A program made the position numbers and the translations under genes. The notes under the pieces are model-generated. The model did no database searches, was not told the origin of the DNA, and saw only the letters and a list, made by a program, of their open reading frames with translations. From an uncultured Acidobacteriaceae bacterium (GTDB taxonomy: Bacteria; Acidobacteriota; Terriglobia; Terriglobales; Acidobacteriaceae), in NCBI GenBank assembly GCA_963806565.1, contig CAWDYE010000006.1, positions 17,618 to 81,617 on the forward strand: a DNA stretch of 64,000 nt. Direction: 5' to 3'. Below are positions 1 through 7,952 of this stretch, piece by piece; position 1 is the first letter of the stretch; each line of letters starts with the position of its first letter.

Positions 1-413
1 ACGTCTCGGCTGTAGTAGTCCACGACCTGCAACAGCAGCGCCCGGTCGTCCGCCTCCCGCGCAACCGGCGGCGGCAGCTTCGGCACCGTGCTCTGCTTCA
101 CCGGCTGGACCGGATCGGCGGCTAAGGGAAGATAGTCCGCTCTGAGCAGCTCGACCGCATGGCGGAAGCTGATGCCGTTGGCCTTCATTACCCAGTCGAT
201 CACCGTTCCGCCTTCATTGCACGCGCCCAGGCAGTGCCAGAGATTCTTCGCCGGAGTGATAACCAGCGACGGGTTCCGGTCGTCGTGGAACGGGCAGAGG
301 CCCAGCAAGTCGGCACCGTGCCGGTGCAACTTGATGCCCCGCGCCTCGGCCAACCGCTGCACGGAGACCTCCCGTTTCAGCCGTTCGACCTCGGATTCTG
401 GGATTCGCGCCAT
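1..413 (-). CDS. CHC2 zinc-finger/Toprim primase, N-terminal part (runs off the left edge)
   Basis: Reverse strand from ATG at 413 reads MARIPESEVERLKREVSVQRLAEARGIKLHRHGADLLGLCPFHDDRNPSL, nearly identical to 9299..12235. Confidence 0.9.
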   Translation of the reverse strand, partial: MARIPESEVERLKREVSVQRLAEARGIKLHRHGADLLGLCPFHDDRNPSLVITPAKNLWHCLGACNEGGTVIDWVMKANGISFRHAVELLRADYLPLAADPVQPVKQSTVPKLPPPVAREADDRALLLQVVDYYSRD

Positions 414-535
414 TTCGACCGCCTTCCTGAAAAACCTGTCAAGAGGAAAATGAACTTTTTAACGCCTGCAAAAATACTGTATCATAGCTTACGCGGTCAA
501 GCCGTATTCCCGGTAAGCAATAGACTGACATTGCC

Positions 536-925
536 ATGCCAAGAAAACCAACACGACAACTTCCCCCGCTCGACTACGGAAACGAAACCGTAGGCCAGCG
601 CCTTGCTCGGCTGCGCAAGGAACGCGGTTACACCCAAGTCGATCTCGCCAAAAAGATCGGGATCATTCAGACGCTCATCTCCGATTACGAACTGGACAAG
701 CTGCGCCTGTCGGCTGAGATGGCCGTGCGGTATTCCATGGCTCTGGACATCACCGTCGATGACTTGCTGGCCCCCAAGACGGCAGCTAATCGAAAAAATG
801 GCAAGCAGCCAAGCCTTAAGCTCGTGCGCCGCATGGAAGAGATTGAGAAGCTGCCGCCACGTCAACAGACACTCGTATTGAGCGCACTCGATTCCATGCT
901 GCGCGGGGCGGCGGTCGCGCGATGA
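536..925 (+). CDS. XRE-family HTH transcriptional regulator
   Basis: RLARLRKERGYTQVDLAKKIGIIQTLISDYE HTH pattern; divergent from the primase, as in the other units. Confidence 0.9.
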   Translation: MPRKPTRQLPPLDYGNETVGQRLARLRKERGYTQVDLAKKIGIIQTLISDYELDKLRLSAEMAVRYSMALDITVDDLLAPKTAANRKNGKQPSLKLVRRMEEIEKLPPRQQTLVLSALDSMLRGAAVAR

Positions 926-956
926 GTGGCCGGAGAGTGCAGGTTTCCGTGGAAAC

Positions 957-1103
957 ATGAAAAGAAGACATTCTTTTCATAGCTGAAAAACATCCGTAGC
1001 GGAGGCATCAGTCAAGGCCGCGAAGCGCCGCCGCAGCGGGCGGAGCGAAGCGGAGAGCCTTTACGGATGCCGGAGCGGAGGATATAGCCGCGTCAGCGGC
1101 TAA
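957..1103. other. Conserved structured non-coding element, copy 1
   Basis: ATGAAAAGAA-GACA-TTCTTTTCAT palindrome (957-980), CATCCGTA..TACGGATG inverted repeat, TAGCCGC-GTCA-GCGGCTA hairpin (1085-1102); homologous copies at 12780 and 24772. Confidence 0.75.
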
Positions 1104-3874
1104 AGACTGTATCCCTGATCGAACTCATGCGCGTGAGCGGGCACCGGCTCGATCTGCCGCACCGTGTCCGGCTGGGTAGGTATCTGCTGCTGCATCCCCT
1201 CTGGCTGGATGGCCGAGGTATGCGATACGTCCCGGCTCAACGCATGGCCCAGCGTCCCGGCGTCGTTGGTGTACATCTGCACATCGAACTGCGCCCGCGA
1301 TACCGACACATAAGCCATGCGGCTGTTGAGTAACTGGCTGTGCGCCTGCTCGGAGTCCACATGGACGAGCACACGGTCGGCGGTCTGGCCCTGGCTGCTG
1401 TGACTCGTCACCGCATAGCCGTAATCAAGATGCGGATGCTGCCTGACATTGAACTCGACCTCGCGGCCTGAGTCCATCTTCAGTTTCAGATTGCCGTCGC
1501 TGTCGATCTTTTCGACCGTCGCCAACTCGCGGCTGGCGAGTTTCTGCGCATGATACGGGGCCGTCAGTTGTACGCGGTCGCCCTCTGAGAAGCGATGCTC
1601 CGCCTCGCGGTAGACCGTCACGCCCTGCTGCCGCCGTGGATCGTAGCTCACTCGCTCGCCGCTCTTCCGCTCCACCGTGACCGTGTTTGCGGCCTGGTCC
1701 ACGTGCGCAACCCGCGCGTACTCTCCGGCCTCGAAGCCGTGCGCCTTGCTGCTCTTCGCATAACGCACGATGTCGCCCTGCTCGTAGTTCTGCGCCCATT
1801 GCCTATCTGCGCCGGTCAACTCCTGCCGCGCATTCAACACCCGCACCGTGTGCTCAACGCCCGCGACCCGGCCCGCGTCCTGCATCGCACGATGGATGTG
1901 CTGGTTGATCTCGCGGCGGGATTCATTGTCGGGCGAGACAACAAGCGTATTCTCCGGCTGGCGCACGTACTCGCGGGCTATCTCGCGGATGCGCTCGTTG
2001 CGGTTCACGATCTCATGCACCCGGCCCTGGCTGTCGAGATTGGCGATTGCTTCTTTGACTTCGCCGCGCGCAAGCTGCTCCACGGCTACTTTCAACGCCG
2101 GGTCTTTCTGCCGGATAATCTCGTCAAGCCGCGCCGTGCGCATCCCGGCCTCTTGCAACTGCGCATAAGGTCGGCCAGCTTCGACCGCCTCATGCTGCCG
2201 CACGTCGCCAACGAACAGCACACGATCATTTTCTTTTAGCCGCTCTACGAACGTGTGCATCTGCTTGGTGCTCGCCATGCTCGATTCATCGACCACATAG
2301 AGCCGCTTTTGTCCGTCGTCCGCGCGGTCGCCGCGCGTAAGATGCCGTTGCAGCGTCTCCGTCTCCATGCCCGACTCGCCCAGCTTTTTCGCCGCGCCGG
2401 ACGTGGGCGCAAGCCCCTTGACCTCATAGCCCGCGCTGACAGCGGCCTCCCGGATGGCGGCTAAAGAAGTAGTCTTTCCGCCTCCGGCCACGCCTTCAAG
2501 AGCCATCATCCGGTCGCGGTTTTCGAGCACGTCTTCGACCGCCCGCCGCTGGCTCACGCTCAGATGCGGATGGTTCGCCTCGACCTGCTGCCGGACCTGG
2601 TCATCGGCCAACACTTCGCGGTTGCCCTGGCCAGCGCGCATCCGCTCGATGATCTCGCGCTCGTAACCCTGCATCTCGCCCGTAGTGAACGCGCGGCCCG
2701 CAAGCCCCGGCCGGCGCTCAACCTCGATCAGCTCACGCGCGGCGACGCGCCGCTCGAACTCCGCCCGCACCTCCGGCAACCGCGCCGCGCCCATCGAGTG
2801 CTTCAACGCATCGCGCATCAGCGTCCGTTCATCGACCACGGCCTCGCGCTCCGTGCCGCGCTCCCGCGCATAACTCACAGCGGTCTGCGCCACGCGCTGC
2901 GACTCTTCTGGCTGAAGCTCAACGCCTGGTCGCCGCTGCGCTTCCTCGATCACGCGCTGCGGCTGATGGCCGTATTCTGCGGCCATTGCCCGATGCTGCG
3001 CTTGTACCTGCTCCGGCGTTAAATCGAGCTTCGCCTCGCGCGTCTTGTGCGCCGCGATCTGCGCCGCCTCCGGCCCGGAGCGGCCCTGCTCCGCCAAGTT
3101 TTCCGTGATTTGTTGACGCCGCGGACTCGACGCCTCCAAGTATTCCCGCGTGTAACCTTTGATCTCCGGCTGTCCATGCTCGCCGCGCTCGATCTCGTAA
3201 CCCAACTGCTGCAACCGCGCCGACAACTCCGAACGGTAAACCGCCGTTGCGTACTGCTGCGTCTTGTAAAGTTCCTGCGGTTGAAGTGCTCGCGTGGTCC
3301 CGTCGGCGGTCTCGGCGATATTGAAAATCACCGTGTGCGTGTGCAACTGCGGCGCGGCGTATCCATCGACCGGACGGCTGCTGTCGTGCTCGAACTTCGC
3401 CACCACCCACGCGCCCGTCGTCTCTGCCGGTGCGTTGCCGCCGATGCGCGCCTGCGCGTACTTCTCCATCTCATTGAGCGCAACGCGCACGCTCTCCCGA
3501 TGCGCTTCTTTCACGCGGTCGTCGCCGCCAACCAACGCCGTCAGCGATACAGATTTCGGCGCGCTGAACGTCGCATCCCACCCCGCCCGGTGCTCCATCG
3601 TGCGCATTGTCTGGCCCTGCTCGTTCACGTACTCCCGCGCCGTTTGATGCCTTACAAGCTGCTCGCCGGTTGCCGGATGCTGGCCCTCGCTCAAGCGCGC
3701 GAACTGCTCCTCATACACTTCGCCAGCAAGTCCGTAACGCTCGGCAAGCTGGCCTTGCCACTCGCCGCGCACATGGTCGCCCTCGGTGTAGTAGTTGTCC
3801 CGCGCGTTGGCGAACTCTTCTTTGTGGTACTCTCGCGCCTGGCTCGCGCTGATCGGTTTCGACATTGTGATCAT
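1100..3874 (-). CDS. MobF (TrwC-like) relaxase-helicase
   Basis: N-terminal NYY, DATFSAPKSVS, HDSSR..PQLHTH 3H motif; helicase Walker A GVAGGGKTT and VVDESS. Confidence 0.95.
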   Translation of the reverse strand: MITMSKPISASQAREYHKEEFANARDNYYTEGDHVRGEWQGQLAERYGLAGEVYEEQFARLSEGQHPATGEQLVRHQTAREYVNEQGQTMRTMEHRAGWDATFSAPKSVSLTALVGGDDRVKEAHRESVRVALNEMEKYAQARIGGNAPAETTGAWVVAKFEHDSSRPVDGYAAPQLHTHTVIFNIAETADGTTRALQPQELYKTQQYATAVYRSELSARLQQLGYEIERGEHGQPEIKGYTREYLEASSPRRQQITENLAEQGRSGPEAAQIAAHKTREAKLDLTPEQVQAQHRAMAAEYGHQPQRVIEEAQRRPGVELQPEESQRVAQTAVSYARERGTEREAVVDERTLMRDALKHSMGAARLPEVRAEFERRVAARELIEVERRPGLAGRAFTTGEMQGYEREIIERMRAGQGNREVLADDQVRQQVEANHPHLSVSQRRAVEDVLENRDRMMALEGVAGGGKTTSLAAIREAAVSAGYEVKGLAPTSGAAKKLGESGMETETLQRHLTRGDRADDGQKRLYVVDESSMASTKQMHTFVERLKENDRVLFVGDVRQHEAVEAGRPYAQLQEAGMRTARLDEIIRQKDPALKVAVEQLARGEVKEAIANLDSQGRVHEIVNRNERIREIAREYVRQPENTLVVSPDNESRREINQHIHRAMQDAGRVAGVEHTVRVLNARQELTGADRQWAQNYEQGDIVRYAKSSKAHGFEAGEYARVAHVDQAANTVTVERKSGERVSYDPRRQQGVTVYREAEHRFSEGDRVQLTAPYHAQKLASRELATVEKIDSDGNLKLKMDSGREVEFNVRQHPHLDYGYAVTSHSSQGQTADRVLVHVDSEQAHSQLLNSRMAYVSVSRAQFDVQMYTNDAGTLGHALSRDVSHTSAIQPEGMQQQIPTQPDTVRQIEPVPAHAHEFDQGYSL

Positions 3875-3880
3875 GGTTGT

Positions 3881-4573
3881 TTACTCGAAACGGGGACGCG
3901 GTTTTTTCGCCGCTGCGGGACGCGCCTCGGACGGTTTTGCCGCTACAACCGGCGGCGGAACTGGCGCCGGATTCGGCGGTTTTACAGCGGGCGCAGCGGC
4001 CTTTGCCTGAGCCGCCGCGCGCCTCCTGCGCTCGATAAAATCCATCAGCTTTTGACCCTGCTTTTCGTAGGAGAACTTCGGCCAACGGTCCTTCGGAACG
4101 GCCACCGGCAACAGCACAGCCAGCAGCGCCAACGCACAGAAAAACGGCTTCCGGGCCGACTCATAAAGATCGTCGTGGTAGATCCACTGGCGCATAAAAT
4201 CATGCAGCTTGCGGTCGTTGTACTGATGCGTCTGCCACTCCAGACGCACGAACCCCGCGCGGCTGCCCTCCGCCGTCAACTGGTACATCGGCTCGCCATT
4301 TGGCCCCGCCGCCGCCTCGATCTCATCGCCCGTAACCAACAGCGCCTTCTTCTTCGCCGTCACCCCTTCAAGCAGCCGATAGCTCGTAAGGGACTCCTCC
4401 GAGAGACTGCCCCACACTCCGCTCTCCAGATAAGCCCACAGGTCAACTCGCTCCGCCGCGTTCCACTCGTTCCGGTAGCTCTGAACATACAGCACACAGA
4501 AGAAAACGCCCGCCGCGATCAGCGTCCAGCGCGTCCACTTCCAGTACCGGCGCGGCCCATACCAGTCACTCAT
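3881..4573 (-). CDS. Membrane protein in the trwB position; resembles a coupling-protein N-terminus without the NTPase domain
   Basis: Two hydrophobic segments and a Pro/Ala-rich tail; lies between the RHH gene and the relaxase; no Walker A motif. Confidence 0.6.
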   Translation of the reverse strand: MSDWYGPRRYWKWTRWTLIAAGVFFCVLYVQSYRNEWNAAERVDLWAYLESGVWGSLSEESLTSYRLLEGVTAKKKALLVTGDEIEAAAGPNGEPMYQLTAEGSRAGFVRLEWQTHQYNDRKLHDFMRQWIYHDDLYESARKPFFCALALLAVLLPVAVPKDRWPKFSYEKQGQKLMDFIERRRRAAAQAKAAAPAVKPPNPAPVPPPVVAAKPSEARPAAAKKPRPRFE

Positions 4574-4941
4574 CGCGCCGCCTTTTTCTGCGCCGCCAAC
4601 CGCTCCCGCGCGCGCTGCATTTTGGTCGCATCCACCCGCGCGATCTCCGCCCGTACCTCTGCCTCGCCCGGAACAGCATGATCGGGAAGCGGGCGAAGAT
4701 TCAAAAACAACGCCCGCAACGCAAGAACCTCCGACAGCAACACTTCGCCCAAAAGATCGTCCGCCGTGTTGCTGACATCCGTGTCACTCCCGCCGCCTGG
4801 ACGGCCAGTCCCCAGCAACTTCGCCCGCATCCACTCCGAGAGCGTCAGATTCTCCGCCCGCGCCCGCGCCTCCAACGTCGCATACTCCGCGTCGCTGACC
4901 TTCGTGCCTACCGATTTTGTCCGCAGAGATGCCTTCACCAT
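4570..4941 (-). CDS. Ribbon-helix-helix relaxosome accessory protein (TrwA/MobC-like)
   Basis: RTKSVGTKVSDAEYATLEARA..LTLSEWMR RHH-like pattern; first gene of the mob module; overlaps the next start. Confidence 0.75.
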   Translation of the reverse strand: MVKASLRTKSVGTKVSDAEYATLEARARAENLTLSEWMRAKLLGTGRPGGGSDTDVSNTADDLLGEVLLSEVLALRALFLNLRPLPDHAVPGEAEVRAEIARVDATKMQRARERLAAQKKAAR

Positions 4942-4945
4942 GCCG

Positions 4946-5104
4946 TCACCTCTCCGCCTTGAACTGGTTCATCCCCGCAACCATCCGCGCGATGTACTCC
5001 TCGACAGCCTCCGATCGGTGCAAGCTCGGGCGCTCGCTGGCGACTGGCGGCGGCGCTTTGGTTGGCTCCGGCTGGCTCGCCGGGAACTGCTGCGGCTGAT
5101 TCAT
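4946..5104 (-). CDS. Small 52-aa protein upstream of the RHH gene
   Basis: MNQPQQF..EYIARMVAGMNQFKAER; same-length frame kept in unit B (16776..16934) despite substitutions. Confidence 0.5.
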   Translation of the reverse strand: MNQPQQFPASQPEPTKAPPPVASERPSLHRSEAVEEYIARMVAGMNQFKAER

Positions 5105-5328
5105 GGATTCCTCGCTTTCTATGGACGCGGCACGGCGGTTTTCAGCTAAGGGAAGGAAAATCATCACGTTACCCAACAGCAACCCGCGCCCAACTCTAGC
5201 TTAACGCCGACATAGTCATTTTTGTCTATTAGACGCTTGTTTTCTTGTGGTTCGCGCTCAGTAACCTGTAAACACCTTATTTTTAGAGAGTTTTTCTTTT
5301 AGCTGCTTGATTCCATTACTGTTCCTGC

Positions 5329-5384
5329 CGCAGTAACCGAAGGTTACTGCGCAGCATCCATTCTGGGGTAATGTGTCCCCCTAA
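5329..5384 (+). promoter_or_regulatory. Candidate oriT (inverted repeat plus nic-like site)
   Basis: CGCAGTAACC-GAA-GGTTACTGCG perfect hairpin (5329-5351), then GGGGTAATGTGT/CCCCCTAA, upstream of the mob genes. Confidence 0.5.
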
Positions 5385-5510
5385 AACCGATGCGTAGCAG
5401 CGCGGGCTTTTTGCTGGTTGCGCCGAGGCTTTGGACGGAGGCCACTGACGCAAGCAAGCCGCCCCGGAGGACGGCTGGCGGCTGGATGCAACGACGGCAT
5501 ACGGAAAGGC

Positions 5511-6128
5511 TCATTCGGAGTTTGCGACATGAATCCAGATGATCTTACCTTCGCTAAAACCTATCCGGGCGGATCGGCTATCGTCCTTGCAACCTTCCTT
5601 TTCATTGAGCAGACAACTGTACAAATAGCTCTGGTCTCCAACCGAAATCTGGCTTGTACCTGCCACCTTAATCCCCGCGATCACGCCTAGATCGTTCTTT
5701 TTGTCCAGTTTCTTGGTAAAAACAGGTTCACGATAGGCGCGGACGAGGGCTTCTTTGCTGCTACCGATGCCGATCCCTTCTGGCGTTTTCCAAATTTCTG
5801 GATCGATTGTTGTTGTCGTTGTCGGAAGCCCCTTACAGTTAGGGAAGGAACTGAGCAAAACATCCGCCACGCGACCAGATCGGTCATCCATAGGCCGCAC
5901 GTACAAGTACAGACCGTGTTTCGGATCAGAAAAGCAGTAGGTGTCTCTACCAGCAGGCTTCGCGCCAAAATGCTCCAGAAATGATTTCATGGACGTATCG
6001 CGGTCAAGGCTATAAAAGCCGAGTGAACGCGGTCCGGCATAATGCCCCCAAGGACTCGGATTCTGCGCCGCCAGTGTTGAACCCAGGACCAGGACCAGCA
6101 AAGCTCGAAATTTGATGATTTGTCTCAT
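5511..6128 (-). CDS. Putative exported immunity protein for the upstream Rhs tip
   Basis: Overlaps the toxin stop by 4 nt; signal peptide MRQIIKFRALLVLVLGSTLAAQ; identical copy at 17339..17956. Confidence 0.75.
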   Translation of the reverse strand: MRQIIKFRALLVLVLGSTLAAQNPSPWGHYAGPRSLGFYSLDRDTSMKSFLEHFGAKPAGRDTYCFSDPKHGLYLYVRPMDDRSGRVADVLLSSFPNCKGLPTTTTTIDPEIWKTPEGIGIGSSKEALVRAYREPVFTKKLDKKNDLGVIAGIKVAGTSQISVGDQSYLYSCLLNEKEGCKDDSRSARIGFSEGKIIWIHVANSE

Positions 6129-7102
6129 TCTGGGTTGTTATTCCTCGAGTATGGAATGATCCCGGATTCGGCAGGGTTATGCTGAGAATTCGTAATTGTT
6201 TGACCAAGAGAGATTACGTCAGCGTTCTGGCCTCGTGTGCAACCTGTGGTAGGCTTCCAACCTTGCTGGTCTGCCATTGGATCAGGTAAACCGGTCCCCC
6301 CACCATGAATTGCCCTTCCTCGCGAATCGCCGGTGTCGATAAATGCTCCTGCCGGACCATACGCATCTTGGCCTGCATGTCGATCACTCGTACCCTTGAT
6401 ATTCGGAGTCGAATACGGATTGTCGGCACCCGGCTCAGACTTCTTGTGATCAATATCGTTTTTGGTCTCAATTGTCTTTGTCGTGGTCTTCCCATAAACG
6501 TCCGTTGACTTGAATGTGGTCGTGTGCCCACTCATGTCGGTATGCAAGCTGGACGAGGGAACCTTTGGTGTGAAGTGCGTGTCCGGTGGTGGAGGCGGAA
6601 GCGGCGGCGGCGCTCCGAAGCAAACCGTGATACCGAGAACTGTGTGGCACCCGTGTCCATCTGGATCAATTCGCGTCATCGGGTTGTTCATGACGTAGGC
6701 GTAGAGATTCAAGCTCTGCGGATTGTCGAGCTTCGCGTATGGTACGGGTTCCTGTTTCGCCGACCAATCGGGCGACATAAACCGCCCCATTGAGCTTGCG
6801 TAGTACCTAGCCCCGAAGTAGTCGTTGCCTGATTCGGCATCTCGTTCTTTGCCGGTATAGCGTGATCTGATGCGCTCCAGATGCAACGCTGCTTGCAAGC
6901 CTAATGCAGTCGTGGAGTTGCAGACTTCATGCACCTGATGCAGTGCAGGATTTTTACTCGAAAACCCCAGACGCGGTTTTTCTCTTAGCTGCGGCATTGC
7001 GGCTAGTGGCGGTTGCGACAACACGGGGATGGAAGCAAGTTGCATCTGCATCCGATTGTACGACTTGAGGGGGCGAGTTGGGCAGCGGATTGTGCGCGGC
7101 AT
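6125..7102 (-). CDS. Orphan/mini Rhs protein: leader, Rhs core end and L,D-transpeptidase-like toxin tip (start uncertain)
   Basis: YTGKERDAESGNDYFGARYY..RFMSPD..NNP..IDPDG core motif; tip has IHGG-x16-TTGCTRGQNAD. Confidence 0.85.
   Translation of the reverse strand: MPRTIRCPTRPLKSYNRMQMQLASIPVLSQPPLAAMPQLREKPRLGFSSKNPALHQVHEVCNSTTALGLQAALHLERIRSRYTGKERDAESGNDYFGARYYASSMGRFMSPDWSAKQEPVPYAKLDNPQSLNLYAYVMNNPMTRIDPDGHGCHTVLGITVCFGAPPPLPPPPPDTHFTPKVPSSSLHTDMSGHTTTFKSTDVYGKTTTKTIETKNDIDHKKSEPGADNPYSTPNIKGTSDRHAGQDAYGPAGAFIDTGDSRGRAIHGGGTGLPDPMADQQGWKPTTGCTRGQNADVISLGQTITNSQHNPAESGIIPYSRNNNPE
6681..6856 (-). repeat. 176-bp Rhs core-end direct repeat, copy 1
   Basis: Encodes TGKERD..MNNP; copies at 18509-18684 and 26667-26842. 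Confidence 0.9.
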
Positions 7103-7246
7103 TGCGCACAGATTGCACGGCGGCAGTTCTGCGGACTGCGCGCGACATTACACACAGTTTGCGCGCGACATTGCGCGACAGAAGTGCACAGATTGTGCGC
7201 GTTTGCGGACTGCATTGCAGCACAGATCGGCGGACGATTGCGCGGT
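7080..7246. repeat. Degenerate short repeats (GCGCGACATT, GCACAGATT, GCGGACTGC each twice)
   Basis: Low-complexity tract read directly; equivalent position to 18953-19012. Confidence 0.55.
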
Positions 7247-7660
7247 CTATAGCTGGATGATCTGGAGGCCGGGGATCATCTGGAAGTGGCGGAGATTGAC
7301 AGTCGCTACGGCGTAGCCATGCTCCAGCGCAGTGACTCCGATCAGCAGGTCGGCGAAGGGGATGGTCACGCCCTGGGCGCGCTGTTCGCCGTCGATCTTC
7401 CCGGCCAGCATCGCCGTTGCTTTGGCGTAGGGAACCACGTCCATGTCGGCCAGAAGATCGCCGATAAAACGCTCGTGGTTCTGGCGCTGAACGGGGTTCG
7501 ACGCGCGATAGATTGAGTGCACAAGCTCGGTGAGTCCCACGGCGGAGAGCGCGACCCGTTGGTCGCCCGCCGTCGAGACGATGCGCCGGAGCAGTTGCGG
7601 CACGGTTTCGCGTTGGCGCTCGGCGGCGATTACTACGCTGGAGTCCAGTATCAGGCCCAT
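7247..7660 (-). CDS. vapC: VapC PIN-domain toxin
   Basis: LILDSSVVI..E, DLLIGVTAL, VATVNLRHF PIN motifs. Confidence 0.9.
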   Translation of the reverse strand: MGLILDSSVVIAAERQRETVPQLLRRIVSTAGDQRVALSAVGLTELVHSIYRASNPVQRQNHERFIGDLLADMDVVPYAKATAMLAGKIDGEQRAQGVTIPFADLLIGVTALEHGYAVATVNLRHFQMIPGLQIIQL

Positions 7661-7664
7661 TCGA

Positions 7665-7952
7665 TCAGTCCCATGCCGGAGGATTCAACGGCTCAGGATG
7701 GCTGTTGACGACCGCTTCCAAGTCGCGGGCGAAGCTGCCATCGAGCAGCGCCGAAGAACCGCGCGTTTCGGCGGCTGCGATGACTTCAGAGAGCAGACGA
7801 CCGGGGCCAGCGGGAACGGCGGGCCGCACGACGGCCACGGCGCGAGTTTCGAACTCGATGACGATCTCCGCGCCCAAGCGGACGTGCGCCATCAGTCCGG
7901 CGAAGTCGCGGGCGGCTTCAGCTTCCGAGATGTGGATGGTTGCCATACTCAT
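7665..7952 (-). CDS. Phd/YefM-like antitoxin
   Basis: ISEAEAARDFAGLMAHV..GAEIVI pattern; directly upstream of vapC. Confidence 0.8.
   Translation of the reverse strand: MSMATIHISEAEAARDFAGLMAHVRLGAEIVIEFETRAVAVVRPAVPAGPGRLLSEVIAAAETRGSSALLDGSFARDLEAVVNSHPEPLNPPAWD

Larger units (their letters stand above)
1..6856 (-). mobile_element. Unit C (partial) of the Rhs-tip/primase/recombinase array, with MobF module
   Basis: Same gene order as unit B; ends at the Rhs core-end repeat 6681-6856. Confidence 0.7.

Noticed and set aside
435-442. TTGACA on the minus strand upstream of the primase as a -35 box (also 12260, 23516)
   Set aside because: Too close to the start codon, with no -10 at the right spacing; kept only as a shared motif
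3047-4681. 544-aa plus-strand ORF (and the 429-aa equivalent at 14870..16159)
   Set aside because: Antisense shadow of the relaxase and coupling-like genes; Arg-rich, no motifs, and length not kept between units
7080-7246. Possible CRISPR array
   Set aside because: No identical repeats of 23 bp or more with unique spacers, and no cas genes
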